Origin: Candidatus Obscuribacteraceae bacterium
Lineage (GTDB): Bacteria > Cyanobacteriota > Vampirovibrionia > Obscuribacterales > Obscuribacteraceae
NCBI GenBank assembly: GCA_044226015.1
Contig: JBGAHS010000005.1
Location: 160,001 to 224,000, forward strand
DNA length: 64,000 nucleotides
Direction: 5' to 3'
This document shows, piece after piece, positions 19,483 through 30,064 of this stretch. The translations under genes and the position numbers were made by a program. The notes under the pieces are model-generated. The model worked only from the letters and a program-made list of their open reading frames with translations, ran no database searches and was not told the origin of the DNA. Position 1 is the first letter of the stretch. Every line of letters starts with the position of its first letter.

Positions 19483-19884
19483 ATGTTAGTCAATTTTGAA
19501 TCCTACATTCTGTTGATGCTTATGGAATTTTTCGATTGGTCCAGTAAGAATAAATCGATTCTGATAGTTTTGGTATTGCCCTATATTGTTTTGGGTTGCT
19601 TGTATCTTTTATTTCCTGGTTTGGAAGTTACGCTATTCTATTATCCGAGGCGTGTGCAAAATTTCCATCCTATAGTTGTTTACTTGATGCCAGGCATTGT
19701 TGCCTGGCATCTGATAGGTGTTTCAATGGCTGCTGGAGCGAAAACTGGATTCTTAAGAACAGCGATTTGCACAGTGTGCCTTATTCCGATTCTTGTTTGG
19801 TTCTCTATCGGCAGTTTTTTGTTGCTTCTCTTTTTTTCGGGACCTGATCCCGGTCCAGCTTTTGGTATTTCAACGACTCAGTAA
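19483..19884 (+). CDS. Hypothetical membrane protein (3 TM)
   Basis: Hydrophobic segments; start uncertain. Confidence 0.55.
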   Translation: MLVNFESYILLMLMEFFDWSSKNKSILIVLVLPYIVLGCLYLLFPGLEVTLFYYPRRVQNFHPIVVYLMPGIVAWHLIGVSMAAGAKTGFLRTAICTVCLIPILVWFSIGSFLLLLFFSGPDPGPAFGISTTQ

Positions 19885-19888
19885 CGTT

Positions 19889-21109
19889 TCAACATACTCC
19901 GAGGTCGCTAGCAAATTTAGCTGACGGCACCACATCACTTGGATTCACGCTCGTTTGGCGCACGACCACTTCAACCAATCTGCGCCAGATCTCTTGATCG
20001 GTGTTTAGCTCTTTTGAAAACGAATCCCAATTTAGTGATATCAGAGCCTTAACAAGTTGTCTAACCGTCAGCGTTTCGTCGTTTAGTTTGAAACCCATGA
20101 ATTCGTTCGCTCGTTTGAAGTCAGGCGTATTCATTTCTATAAACAGCGGAAGATAGGGCCATCCATTCTCCAATTCTTCGATCGAGAGAATCTCACTTAA
20201 CCTCGTATCTGGTTCTATGGACGACCTCTTCACTTGAAAATTATTTATCAGGGCTCGTCTCAGCTTGTAAAAAATTCTTTGACTTAAGCACTCGCGAGCA
20301 GGTGCGCTGTTCAATCTCATGAGCAAGTATTCGTAAGTCTCGCCCACGGTATGCAATTGCTCGGCGACATTATCTGGAATCTCCAGTCCGAATTCCTCCT
20401 CAATTGCCATCAATAATTCGACACCATCTAGCCCACTCGCTTCGTTCCACTTTAAGCCACCGGCAAGGTCTACAGCAGCATATTCAATGTGCAAAACACG
20501 GCGATGTTCGGGCTTTGAGGCTTTGCTCGAACTATGTAAAATGAGTGGGCGCATCACTATTACATCGCCTTTTTCTGCCGAACAACAGATGAAGTTATTC
20601 TTTACTTTCCATTCACCGATATCTTCATGGTTTAGCTTTCCAATCTTGTGTGAACCCGGGATGAAGTTGATTGCACCATTTTCCGCAGAACATGCATCCA
20701 GATGAATTCTTATCGCTAGCATTTGCTCAAGCACAGACGCTGGCGGCTGTACGTGAGGAATCGAATCTTTCGTTGACCATGGGCCATATCCAGCAACATC
20801 AATTTTTTGTTTGACGGCAATCGTCAAATCTTGGTGCCATGTAACGTACCAATTTGATGTCGGTGTTTTGTCAAAGAAAATTGCTTTGACAGGTTTTGCA
20901 TTTAAACCCAGATGCTTTCCTGCGATGCTAAGGAGTTCCGGTGAGTTTGCGAGACGGCGGACGACTAAACTTCTTCGAAGCAGGTGTCTTACTCCCGGAG
21001 CGCTCGGCAAACTGTTCAACGCATCAATTGAATTCTTTAGTTTTTCTATTTGCTCATCGCTGACTATTTTCTTGAGCAGTAAGAAGCCGTTGTTTTCGAA
21101 GCTGTCCAT
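19889..21109 (-). CDS. PhyH-family Fe(II)/2-oxoglutarate dioxygenase fused to an acyl-carrier-protein-like domain
   Basis: WHQD...LHSS...RRVLH triad motifs; C-terminal [21 protein letters not shown]...TVG. Confidence 0.85.
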   Translation of the reverse strand: MDSFENNGFLLLKKIVSDEQIEKLKNSIDALNSLPSAPGVRHLLRRSLVVRRLANSPELLSIAGKHLGLNAKPVKAIFFDKTPTSNWYVTWHQDLTIAVKQKIDVAGYGPWSTKDSIPHVQPPASVLEQMLAIRIHLDACSAENGAINFIPGSHKIGKLNHEDIGEWKVKNNFICCSAEKGDVIVMRPLILHSSSKASKPEHRRVLHIEYAAVDLAGGLKWNEASGLDGVELLMAIEEEFGLEIPDNVAEQLHTVGETYEYLLMRLNSAPARECLSQRIFYKLRRALINNFQVKRSSIEPDTRLSEILSIEELENGWPYLPLFIEMNTPDFKRANEFMGFKLNDETLTVRQLVKALISLNWDSFSKELNTDQEIWRRLVEVVVRQTSVNPSDVVPSAKFASDLGVC

Positions 21110-21222
21110 TTCGCACCAACACTGATGCCCTTGATTTTATCATGTGGTACCGGCATGCGAGTCAAAGCGCGAGCTGAAACCGACCCAGCTCTTCCGAACA
21201 TAATGCTCTGAAATGTTAGGGG

Positions 21223-21290
21223 CTATGGATAATGTCCGCTCGTTGCCAGAGCCTCTCTAATCTCTACCCGGACCGCTGCTTCTCTTTTGG
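21223..21290 (-). pseudogene. Possible C-terminal remnant of a deleted partner (HNH-type) gene
   Basis: Fragment RVEIREALATSGHYP* directly downstream of the small gene; family resemblance from memory only. Confidence 0.25.
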
Positions 21291-21337
21291 ATCTTCAAAC
21301 AGATAAGTGCAAGAATTGGCACAAAGGCTGGGCAGAG

Positions 21338-21589
21338 CTAGTCTTCATCAATATGTAGTTTTGCTCGTGCCTTGATTAGTTGTATGAGGTGCTCCAGCTT
21401 TCCTAATCGTTCAAGTTCAAGAGTCTCTTCCATAGTAAGGTCGCCGCACTTATTTCGAATTAGCAATTTGCGGACTTGCTGCTGAGCCTTTTTTGATGGG
21501 CGAAATGCAATCACTTCTTCGGACGTTGAGCCACGCGCAAGGAAATCAATGATTTCATCATATGCAGTCAGCGCTTCACCCACAGCCAC
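21338..21589 (-). CDS. Small hypothetical protein, antitoxin-like
   Basis: 83 aa YDEIIDFLA...FRPS...LIKARA; GGAGA RBS. Confidence 0.7.
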   Translation of the reverse strand: MAVGEALTAYDEIIDFLARGSTSEEVIAFRPSKKAQQQVRKLLIRNKCGDLTMEETLELERLGKLEHLIQLIKARAKLHIDED

Positions 21590-21741
21590 TCTCCTTGCTT
21601 ATAATATCCCGACTTGCGCGATTGGCGGAGGTCAGCAAGGAACTCTTCTATGTCCTCTGGCCAAATATCACCTTTTAAGGTCTCAGAGGAAAATACTGGA
21701 ACACCTTGCGCAAGCTGATCTAAATCAATCTTATAATCCAT
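21568..21741 (-). CDS. Small hypothetical protein
   Basis: MDYKIDLDQLAQGV...GDIWPEDIEEFLADLR; overlaps the next gene. Confidence 0.5.
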   Translation of the reverse strand: MDYKIDLDQLAQGVPVFSSETLKGDIWPEDIEEFLADLRQSRKSGYYKQGEWLWVKR

Positions 21742-22056
21742 AAACGCATGCAGCGCCGAATGTAAGTTTACGCCAGATCCCTGTGACTGACAAGGATGCA
21801 TTAACAATGCAGAGATCGCAGTAAGGTGCCAGTGTTCAGTTTGCCATCGCCCATAGTACCAGCTGCAAGTTTGCATGGAGTGAAGAAGCAAGTTCCAACT
21901 TCACGCAAGGTGCTTTTGTACTGGAGGATGTTCCTTAAGAACCAGCCTCAAAAAGTATCAAAGAAACAATCAGCACCGTTTGGCTACCCCCAAGAGTTTC
22001 TCTCTGGCGGAGGTACTACCGTGGTCCTGGCAATTATTTCGATTCCAATTAAAAAT

Positions 22057-22128
<72 letters not shown>

Positions 22129-22323
22129 ACTTGAAAAGTGCTTGGAGGATTTAAATTATACATCGTCCCGCTCAGTTGCAAGACTAATGTGAATCTTGAT
22201 GATGCCAAGCGGTCCGGCGGTTGTAGTATTCTTTTGCTGGCGGAACATCGGATTTTGCCTGTCGTCATCTATCCTTGTTGTCGTTTACCTGTTCCTTTCT
22301 TTTCAAAATTGTAGGTTTGCCGC

Positions 22324-23412
22324 ATGGGTTTGCTTAAAACGTCGCTGTTGCTCACTTCGGTAGCTGCAATCACCTGCTTTTCGGGCGTTTCAATAGATGC
22401 CGCAAACACGAATGCTATGCCAAAAGCTGCTCCAGACTTTAGAAAAGCGGGGACGAGTGCCAATTCGAAGCCCAAACCTACTGCATCTGCTGTTCAATCT
22501 TCAGATTTTGCTGGAACAACAAGCTTTCGTGTTCAGACAAAAGATAGCCCTCAAACGCCGCTTCAAGGTAACGTAGACCAGATTACTGTGAACCCAGGCG
22601 GTCATTTGCAGGGTCTCGGCGCTGAGACAGATTCGGTTATCAAAACATCTCCAATGCGTGCGCAAGCATCGGCTACTCCACCTGAAGTTTTCAGAGGCTG
22701 GCTTGAGCAAGCGCATTCTAAATTCGCCGCACGCAGTTCTAGCTTGTCACCAAATACGGTGCTTGAGGTCAAAGGCGTCTATGATAATTCCAGCAAGACA
22801 TTGCGCTCACTAGGCATTCCCTTTCAGCAGGTTAAGGGTGCTGATTTGCAGTCAATGTTGCCTGGGGGAACCCGCGTAGTTGTGGTAAATTGCCCCGGAC
22901 GCGTACCAAGAGAATCCTTGCAACAAGTCAGGGACTTTGTGGCAAACGGTGGATTTGTTCTTTCGACTGATTGGAGTTCTGACAATCTTATTGAGCAGGC
23001 ATTTCCTGGATACATAAAGTGGGACAGGCATAGTAACAAGCAAGCGGTTTATGATGCTGAAATTGTGAAACCTGATGCAACGCTATTTGCGCGAACAGTG
23101 ACTAATGCTAGCTGGAAAATGGATATTGATTCTCACATGATCAAAACGCTGCGCCCTGACGTGCGTGTCCTGGCTAAGAGTCGGCAGCTTCAGGCTGAAG
23201 ATCCTGCTTGTGATGGCATTCTAGCTGTGGTGTTTCCGTTCGGTCGAGGTTATGTTATGCACCTTGTAGGGCACTTCGATAACAACACAGTGATGTCATT
23301 TCGAAACATGCTTGCTGACCCAGCTCCGGCAATCGGAATCAGTTTGAGACAAGCGCTGGCAACTAATTTTGTTGTAGCGGGAATTGAAGGAACTCGTATT
23401 CCAACTAAGTAG
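22324..23412 (+). CDS. Exported protein with class-I glutamine-amidotransferase-like fold domain
   Basis: Signal peptide; VVVVNCPG...VRDFVANGGFVLSTDW. Confidence 0.7.
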   Translation: MGLLKTSLLLTSVAAITCFSGVSIDAANTNAMPKAAPDFRKAGTSANSKPKPTASAVQSSDFAGTTSFRVQTKDSPQTPLQGNVDQITVNPGGHLQGLGAETDSVIKTSPMRAQASATPPEVFRGWLEQAHSKFAARSSSLSPNTVLEVKGVYDNSSKTLRSLGIPFQQVKGADLQSMLPGGTRVVVVNCPGRVPRESLQQVRDFVANGGFVLSTDWSSDNLIEQAFPGYIKWDRHSNKQAVYDAEIVKPDATLFARTVTNASWKMDIDSHMIKTLRPDVRVLAKSRQLQAEDPACDGILAVVFPFGRGYVMHLVGHFDNNTVMSFRNMLADPAPAIGISLRQALATNFVVAGIEGTRIPTK

Positions 23413-23473
23413 CATGAGACTTCAGGCAGAAACTTGTAGCGCGAATTCTGAGTCAATTGATACAAGAAAGTCG

Positions 23474-25165
23474 CTATTGCAGGACTGTTCCCATGGACTG
23501 TTCCAGATCCGTATACGCTTGCTGATATGTGGCAAGTGTCGTTAGATAGTCGGTCTTGATCTGAATCGTAGCTTGCTGCGCCAGCAAAGTTGCATTAATG
23601 TCACTCTGTCCAACTTCATAACCGAGTCGCGACAATCTGGCGATTTCGAGTGTACGTTGCAAGAGTTTTGTTTGGAATATCTCTATTTTTCTCTTAGCTC
23701 CTGCGAGCCTCTGGTAGGCAGTTGCCACCTCGGCCGCCACCATGTTTTCCTGTCCTAGCAACTCTGCCCTGAGCTGCTTTTCAGTGGCACCAAACTTTGT
23801 AATGTCGCCCTGTTGAAAGTTAAAGAGGGGAACTTCTTGGTAAACCTGAAAGAAGAAACCATGGAAATTGACGCGGTCTTTCGGACCGATGCTGCTGGGG
23901 TCAGTCGCGATTGCGCGAGCAGCAGCGGCTTGGTTTTGCGAGGGTTGCGTCGGACCATTAACGTTTGAATTACCGACACCAATGGTGGTGTTCGGAACGA
24001 TGTTCGCAAACGCAAGTCTGAGGCTAGCACCATTGGTCTTAATTGCCTGCTTCAGCACTTTTAACTCTGGTCTATTTGCCATTGCCTTGTTCAGGCAATC
24101 TTGCAGTGGTGGCAATGTGCCACCAGGCAAAATTCCTGTTGAACTGGGTTGTGTCCCGTCGGTTGGCAGTCGGGGCACATCGACAGGACTTTCTGGCATT
24201 CTGCCCAGTATTACAGCCAAAGCTTGTCGCGCTTCCAAGACACGATATTGCTGTTGCTCTTGTTCTGCCAGAGCTTTGAATGCTTCTTGCTCAGCTCTGT
24301 ATACGTCTAACTCTGCTACTTCACCCGCTTCAAATCGCTTCTTCGCTATTTTCTGTAGTTGGTCTGTCAATTCGACCAGCTCTGTGTAAGTTGAGTAAAG
24401 CTCTTGAGCGACGACCAGGTCGGTATAGGCACGTCTGACAGTTGCTCTAAAGATCCACAAGGACTTCAAGATTTCCAAGTCTGTCTGTTTGATCATATTC
24501 TTAGCAAGCACCACTCGTAGTGCTAGCTTCCATGGCTGTTCTATTGGAATAGTAAAACCATATCTGTACGTGAATTCTGCTCTGTACCCATTATCCATAA
24601 ACATGGTTGGATTTGGCAGTTCAGTCGCTCTTACGAGTTCTGATTTAGTAATGCCGAGCTGCAATCTGATTGCAGAGGTTCGGGGGCTACGTATCAAGCC
24701 TTCATCGAAAGCTGAACTTAAGGACAGGCTTCGGTCTAGCCCTCGCAAGACAGGCTGATCAGGTTTGATTGCCGGTAGGCTAGTGTTGTTGTCGCTGCCC
24801 GATGGCGGTACTGTCTGCGGTGCCGCCGACGTACTTGTCGTTGACGGGAGTGCCGGCGCTGAATCTGGTATTACGGGTCCACCACTGCCAGCTGATGGAG
24901 TGTTGCTTGGAGACAGTGCTGGTGTGAAGCCGCTTGCAGGAACAGGATTGACGGGCACCGATGGCGGTGTTGATTGCATTCCTGGTCCACCGCTAGAACG
25001 GCTTGACTTCATCTTCGCGGGAGCCGGGCTGGTTATAGATGGCGGGTTAGAAGCCTGTGCGCTGAGACTGCAAGAGAATGCAAAGGCACACGCAAAGGTA
25101 CCAAGCGTGTTTGCCACAGCTCTGTTTCTTCGTATTTTTTGCTTAGTAAGCCGAAAGATGACCAT
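23474..25165 (-). CDS. TolC/CzcC-family outer-membrane efflux protein
   Basis: Two OEP repeats (LPNP, RFEAGE, NRPEL, GYEVG) and a Pro/Ser-rich N-terminal extension. Confidence 0.9.
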   Translation of the reverse strand: MVIFRLTKQKIRRNRAVANTLGTFACAFAFSCSLSAQASNPPSITSPAPAKMKSSRSSGGPGMQSTPPSVPVNPVPASGFTPALSPSNTPSAGSGGPVIPDSAPALPSTTSTSAAPQTVPPSGSDNNTSLPAIKPDQPVLRGLDRSLSLSSAFDEGLIRSPRTSAIRLQLGITKSELVRATELPNPTMFMDNGYRAEFTYRYGFTIPIEQPWKLALRVVLAKNMIKQTDLEILKSLWIFRATVRRAYTDLVVAQELYSTYTELVELTDQLQKIAKKRFEAGEVAELDVYRAEQEAFKALAEQEQQQYRVLEARQALAVILGRMPESPVDVPRLPTDGTQPSSTGILPGGTLPPLQDCLNKAMANRPELKVLKQAIKTNGASLRLAFANIVPNTTIGVGNSNVNGPTQPSQNQAAAARAIATDPSSIGPKDRVNFHGFFFQVYQEVPLFNFQQGDITKFGATEKQLRAELLGQENMVAAEVATAYQRLAGAKRKIEIFQTKLLQRTLEIARLSRLGYEVGQSDINATLLAQQATIQIKTDYLTTLATYQQAYTDLEQSMGTVLQ

Positions 25166-25561
25166 GAACCATGAACCGAGCGGGAAAGCCGCGTATATTT
25201 GGAGTTTAACAGCAGCACGAATAATTGCAAGAAGCCATAAGACTGCGATGAAGCTTCTCTATATTCTTGGCAAGGTTAGTCCTTTCTCTTGAGTTGCTCG
25301 ACATTGCGCGCTGTGTCGATGATCGCAGAATTTGAGTTTAGCAATTAATTGGGCTTGGATTGTGATCTGGAGTTTTAGTAAGATCATAACCATCTCATCT
25401 TATGCGCCGGCATGAGCATACCATTAGAAAGTTTCGTAAGACTTTCTCTGTAGTGGGCGTGCTACGAAACTTGCCTGAGGCTTTGACGGATAAAGAGCTT
25501 CCCTGTATGTTTACTTACATCAAAATTGGTTTACGCAGGATTACTTTTAGTTTGCGCAGGC

Positions 25562-26815
25562 TTACTCTTTTTTGTTTAGCTCGGAAAGGTCGATGGGCAG
25601 CTTTGTTGGCTTTCGCACCTTTTCAACCTTGCCTTTTTTATCAATGGCATATTCGTCGGTAGGCAGTTCGCCATCTTTAAGTCCGCCATTGCAAGCATAA
25701 GCAGTGCCAGCGTGAAACTCGTCAGCTCTGTCGAACTGTGCTTCGACCAGCCAGCTGCCGTCCTTCTTGATGTAACCCCACGATGCGGTCTCTTTGCTGC
25801 CAGCAGTTGCTGCTGGGGCTAGACCATCATGGAAAGAGCCGGCACCAGCGAAGGTGGCAGGAATTTTGTAGGCGCCACTTTTATCGATATATCCCCATTT
25901 ACCTGTGTAATCAAGGACGGCTGCAAGACCCTCTGAGAAATCTTCCTCTCTCATGTATACAGGCTTAAGGACGTATTTGCCTTTCTTATCTATGTAACCC
26001 CAGCGGCGCTTCCATTTGCTCGTGTCTTTCACTAGTACTCGTGCGCGCTGATCTACAAAGGGATAAGCCTGCAGGTAAGCAGCAGGCAACACATATCGTC
26101 CAGCGTGATCAATAAATCCGCATGAATTTAGCTCTGGCTTTGCGACATTCGAGTTGTATACTGCTGCGAGTCCATCAGAAAAATTGCTGTGTTCAAGCTG
26201 ATCTTCACGATGTACCGAGTTGCCTTCTGAAAATGGTGAAACAAAAAATTGCGGCTGAATAACAAACTTTCCTGTTTTGTTTATAAAACCGATTTTGCCG
26301 CTTATTCTATCTTCAACACAGGCAACGCCTTCGGAAAAGGGTCCACAGTACTCCCATTTTTGGTTGACGGGAATTATTTGTTTCCCCTCTTTGTCAATGT
26401 ATAAATACCCTTTTGAGCCGGAGTCGATTTTTACCAAAATTCGCGCTCTGTCATCAGCGAAGTGATCTGCTGCAATGACTTTAGTTACGTCGATATCGGT
26501 TTTGACATGCACATGATAATTCGAGTCGCGGTAGGTCAACTTGTCCTTAAATGATGCTGGAATGAGTTCCTCATATTTGACACCTGATATACGTTTGCCT
26601 ATCGTCACTGCCCCCATTGGTGAGTCGGTATCTGTCTCAGATTTTGTGGTATGCAAGACATCAGGGACGGTCAGATGTTCTTTCTTCCAGAAGTAGAAGA
26701 TGCCACCGAAAATGCCGAGAACCAGCACCGATAGTACGACCGTTATTATTCGTCTGACTTTGCGAGCTTTTTCCTGCTGTTTCTTTTTGGCGATTTCCAG
26801 GTGTGGGGAGTTCAA
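25562..26815 (-). CDS. Membrane-anchored WG-repeat protein
   Basis: Repeated FSEGLAAV...WGYIDK.G units; N-terminal TM; GGAGG RBS. Confidence 0.9.
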   Translation of the reverse strand: MNSPHLEIAKKKQQEKARKVRRIITVVLSVLVLGIFGGIFYFWKKEHLTVPDVLHTTKSETDTDSPMGAVTIGKRISGVKYEELIPASFKDKLTYRDSNYHVHVKTDIDVTKVIAADHFADDRARILVKIDSGSKGYLYIDKEGKQIIPVNQKWEYCGPFSEGVACVEDRISGKIGFINKTGKFVIQPQFFVSPFSEGNSVHREDQLEHSNFSDGLAAVYNSNVAKPELNSCGFIDHAGRYVLPAAYLQAYPFVDQRARVLVKDTSKWKRRWGYIDKKGKYVLKPVYMREEDFSEGLAAVLDYTGKWGYIDKSGAYKIPATFAGAGSFHDGLAPAATAGSKETASWGYIKKDGSWLVEAQFDRADEFHAGTAYACNGGLKDGELPTDEYAIDKKGKVEKVRKPTKLPIDLSELNKKE

Positions 26816-26835
26816 TCAGCACCTCCAGCAGTACG

Positions 26836-27312
26836 CTAACTCTCTGTACTCATTATAATCTGAATCGTGGTCTTGTCTAAATCAGGCATCGCCATAATTG
26901 ATGCTGACTTTTTGTTTGATTGCGCAGTCAACGAATCTAATCCGCTGGTACTGGTTTCTGAGTCTACCTTCCAGCCATTTTTCTTGAACCAATCTTTGTA
27001 AAAGGAAATGACCTTGCCCTTTTTCTGAATCGTTTCAAGGCTGACCGTAACTGTTGTTTTTTCAACTGCTGGAGGCATTGAGAATTTTATTTTAGAGTCA
27101 GGGAATTGAGGAAATGGAATACTTTGCGGATACTCGTATGGCTTAGTGTTAGATTTCGTGCTCGGAGCAACTGCCGCAAGCTCGCGTTCCGCCTTCATTT
27201 TTCGCGGACTTGAAAGCTCGGCTTCTGAGTTCGTGCTTTCTTGCACAGTCTTGCATGAACACAACAAGACGAGCATTGCAAGGGCAAAGCATCGTCTCGC
27301 TGCTGTGTTCAT
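26836..27312 (-). CDS. Putative lipoprotein
   Basis: Lipobox-like LCSC; FYKDWFKKNGW motif. Confidence 0.7.
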   Translation of the reverse strand: MNTAARRCFALAMLVLLCSCKTVQESTNSEAELSSPRKMKAERELAAVAPSTKSNTKPYEYPQSIPFPQFPDSKIKFSMPPAVEKTTVTVSLETIQKKGKVISFYKDWFKKNGWKVDSETSTSGLDSLTAQSNKKSASIMAMPDLDKTTIQIIMSTES

Positions 27313-27396
27313 TTTCGTTCCTCGGCAGAGTTGGAAGCAAGCTGCTTCCGGTGCCTGACTCCTGCGTGGGTCTTGTTGTCTGTTCAGACTTGGGAG

Positions 27397-29034
27397 TTAG
27401 GCTCCCGGTGTCTGACCCGATGGTGCCTGGCTTCCTGAGCTGTCATCTTGTGGCTGATTCAAGCGAATCAGCGCCATTTCTTGCGTGTTGTTTGGACCAT
27501 AATGCACAAGTATCTGGCTGTCATCTTTTGTCAGGTCGCCAATCGTGGTATCAAAAACGGTGCTATTGTTCTGACCAATAGTCCACGAGACACGCTGCGT
27601 TTTCTTATCTAGCGCTCCATAAATTTGTGAGCGCTCGTTTGTTAATTGGTTCAGGTAGTTACCCCGGACGATGCCATCTTTACTAATTGCGATCTGTACC
27701 ATCATGTTGGATTGTGATTGTCCAGGTTCTGCTAGTGCAAAGACCCCCAATGGTGCCCAGTCACCCCCACCACTAGCTGCCGAAGCTTGTGATGATACGT
27801 TTGGAGCGACCGGCGGATAGTTTCCAGCATTGTTTTGAGCTGCAGCATTTGCCGCATTCTGGTTTGCATAAGCGTCCGCCTGTCCAGCTGCATAAGCTTG
27901 CGCTGCGAGCTGTTGGGCGCTCTGGTAGTACTGTTGCGAAGAACCATATGGCTGGCCATTAACATACACGGTGTCGCCCTGGTAAGTCACGTTTGTTGTA
28001 CTTGCTGGTGCGCTGTTTTTATTTGAACCTGCAATTTCTGCTCCCATGAGCCCCATTCCAAGGAATGTTGTTAGAGAAGAAATGCCCATGCAAGTCCACA
28101 TTGATGCTTCAGACCAACCTGGGTAGCCCCAGCACCCGGCCCCGCCCCAATAACCATGGTACGCGTTTGATGCTGCCCAGCCGTGAGCATATCCGTTCCC
28201 ATAAGGGTGATAGCCGCCGTATGCACCGTAACCACCATAGGCACCATTACGGTTCACGTTCACGTTGTTGACGTTGTTGAACTGATTGTTTTTGTTGAAC
28301 TGATTGTTGTTGAAAGAATTGCGGATGCTTTGACCCTGATTCTTCAAATTATTCTGGTTGATGGTGTGCGGGGTTTTGTTCTGTAGTCCAGAGATGCCAC
28401 CAAAGCCACCATCAGTAGGAAGATGGTCCGGGAAATTAGGTCTAGAAGAGATTGGTTGATCTGGACGATTGCCTTGTCCAAAGTTGCCTCGATTTTCAAA
28501 GCCACCCTGACCGCCAAAATTGCCTCGATTTTCGAAACCACCTTGACCGCCGAAATTGCCGCGATTTTCAAAGCCGCCTTGACCGCCGCCGAAATTGCCG
28601 CGATTTTCGAAGCCGCCTTGTCCGCCGCCAAAATTGCCGCGGTTCTCAAAGCCGCCGGACTTCATTCCGCCTTGACCGCCGAGGCTGTTGAAACCGCCAC
28701 CGAAGTCACGATTTCCTTGTTTGCCACCGAAGCCACTAGCACCACCGAAGTTGCCACCACCAAAATTGTGGTCGCCGCCACCAAAGCTGCGATCTCCGCC
28801 ACCGCCGAAGCCACCACCACCGAAATTGTGTTCGCCGCCGCCGAAACTGCGACCGCCACCACCGAAGCCGCCGCCACCACCGCCGAAGCTGCGACCGCCG
28901 CCACCAAAGCCACCACCACCGAAACTGCGTCCACCGCCGCCGAAGCCGCCTCTGGCGAAGCCAGGTAGCGCAATGGTCAGGCTGACAGCAGACATGATGA
29001 GAATTCTCAGTAATTTAGTATTCACTTCTTTCAC
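27397..29034 (-). CDS. Exported Gly/Phe/Asn-rich low-complexity protein with globular C-terminal domain
   Basis: Signal peptide, GGGF and GGFENRGNFGG repeats, C-terminal WAPLGVFAL...GIVRGNY domain. Confidence 0.8.
   Translation of the reverse strand: MKEVNTKLLRILIMSAVSLTIALPGFARGGFGGGGRSFGGGGFGGGGRSFGGGGGGFGGGGRSFGGGEHNFGGGGFGGGGDRSFGGGDHNFGGGNFGGASGFGGKQGNRDFGGGFNSLGGQGGMKSGGFENRGNFGGGQGGFENRGNFGGGQGGFENRGNFGGQGGFENRGNFGGQGGFENRGNFGQGNRPDQPISSRPNFPDHLPTDGGFGGISGLQNKTPHTINQNNLKNQGQSIRNSFNNNQFNKNNQFNNVNNVNVNRNGAYGGYGAYGGYHPYGNGYAHGWAASNAYHGYWGGAGCWGYPGWSEASMWTCMGISSLTTFLGMGLMGAEIAGSNKNSAPASTTNVTYQGDTVYVNGQPYGSSQQYYQSAQQLAAQAYAAGQADAYANQNAANAAAQNNAGNYPPVAPNVSSQASAASGGGDWAPLGVFALAEPGQSQSNMMVQIAISKDGIVRGNYLNQLTNERSQIYGALDKKTQRVSWTIGQNNSTVFDTTIGDLTKDDSQILVHYGPNNTQEMALIRLNQPQDDSSGSQAPSGQTPGA
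28480..28660 (-). repeat. Coding repeat GGFENRGNFGG(G)Q x5 (36-39 bp units)
   Basis: Five near-identical units in the translation. Confidence 0.85.
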
Positions 29035-29059
29035 CTTTTACCAATCAAGTTTTTGCTGT

Positions 29060-30064
29060 CTACTTAACTCTGTGTACTTTCAATGCTTCTGTGTCATTGA
29101 AAGAGAGCCCGTTGAGACTGCGATTTACTGATTGCCAGGTAAAGTTATTGCTGTCTGAGGGGGAGATCATGTTGGTAGCGCTTGTGGAACTTCCATCTCT
29201 TTCAATTCCAGTAGCTTCCACCAACCATTCCTTATTACGCTTGATCCACGAACCGTAACCGTAGCCACCGTTCGAATCAAAATGCCACGATATCGGTTGT
29301 TCGCTGCGTGGGTCCCAACCAATTATTTGTTTGCTTTCGAGCACTGGAGCATCTGCTGATTTCTTTACCTGATAGGTGCAAACAATGAAATTCTTATGTG
29401 GTGCCCATGCAGCACTCATATTTACAGAGCCACCATTCTTTTCTGCAGACCATTCGCCAATCAACCAGGACAATTGCTCAAGCGGGTCAGCAGCCGTTGT
29501 TTCTTGCAATGGTGTTTCTGTAGCAGAGGAAATGAGCCAATTGCCTGACTCTTGTTTTTGTAAGACTATAGAGAAGTGAGTTTCAGGGCTGGGTCCATTG
29601 ACCCCATTTTTCCGTTTGACCATTCCTTCCGCTAGCACTACTGTTGGTGCTAAGGTTCGAACGCTTGTTGTTACGAATTCTATTTGTTGTGCACCACTAT
29701 CTGCTTTGACAGCACTAAATCTCTTTTCTAGATTGTCTCTACCTTTGCAGACGTCGCCATCAACACTTGTGTAGTCGCCATCTGCTGTCCACAAGGCGAC
29801 CAATCCTTTGACGTCTCCATCAGCGAGAGCCTTCGCTGCTTGAGGTAGAACCCCTGTCGCTTCAGTGCTACCGGAAGTAGTGACTACCACTTCATCTTTT
29901 GACTTTTTTGATTCCTTTTTAGACTCATGCTTGGCGGCTTTTTTCGCCGACTTATCTGTCTTATCACTCTTCGCTCCTGCGAATTGTGTGCTACCAAAGG
30001 TCGAAAATCCCAGGGCGATCGCTATCAAGATAGCCTGTGGCTTTTTAATGGAGCTGATGTTCAT
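29060..30064 (-). CDS. Exported SnoaL/NTF2-like (SgcJ/EcaC-type) domain protein
   Basis: LWTADGDY...GRDNLE...WLISS NTF2-like domain and second domain LEQLSWLIGEW. Confidence 0.78.
   Translation of the reverse strand: MNISSIKKPQAILIAIALGFSTFGSTQFAGAKSDKTDKSAKKAAKHESKKESKKSKDEVVVTTSGSTEATGVLPQAAKALADGDVKGLVALWTADGDYTSVDGDVCKGRDNLEKRFSAVKADSGAQQIEFVTTSVRTLAPTVVLAEGMVKRKNGVNGPSPETHFSIVLQKQESGNWLISSATETPLQETTAADPLEQLSWLIGEWSAEKNGGSVNMSAAWAPHKNFIVCTYQVKKSADAPVLESKQIIGWDPRSEQPISWHFDSNGGYGYGSWIKRNKEWLVEATGIERDGSSTSATNMISPSDSNNFTWQSVNRSLNGLSFNDTEALKVHRVK

Noticed and set aside
28344..29131. Pro-rich and Ala-rich ORFs in alternative frames
   Set aside because: Shadow frames of the Gly-rich gene, caused by GGC/GGT repeats; the same applies to 2316..2612 and 6371..7267.
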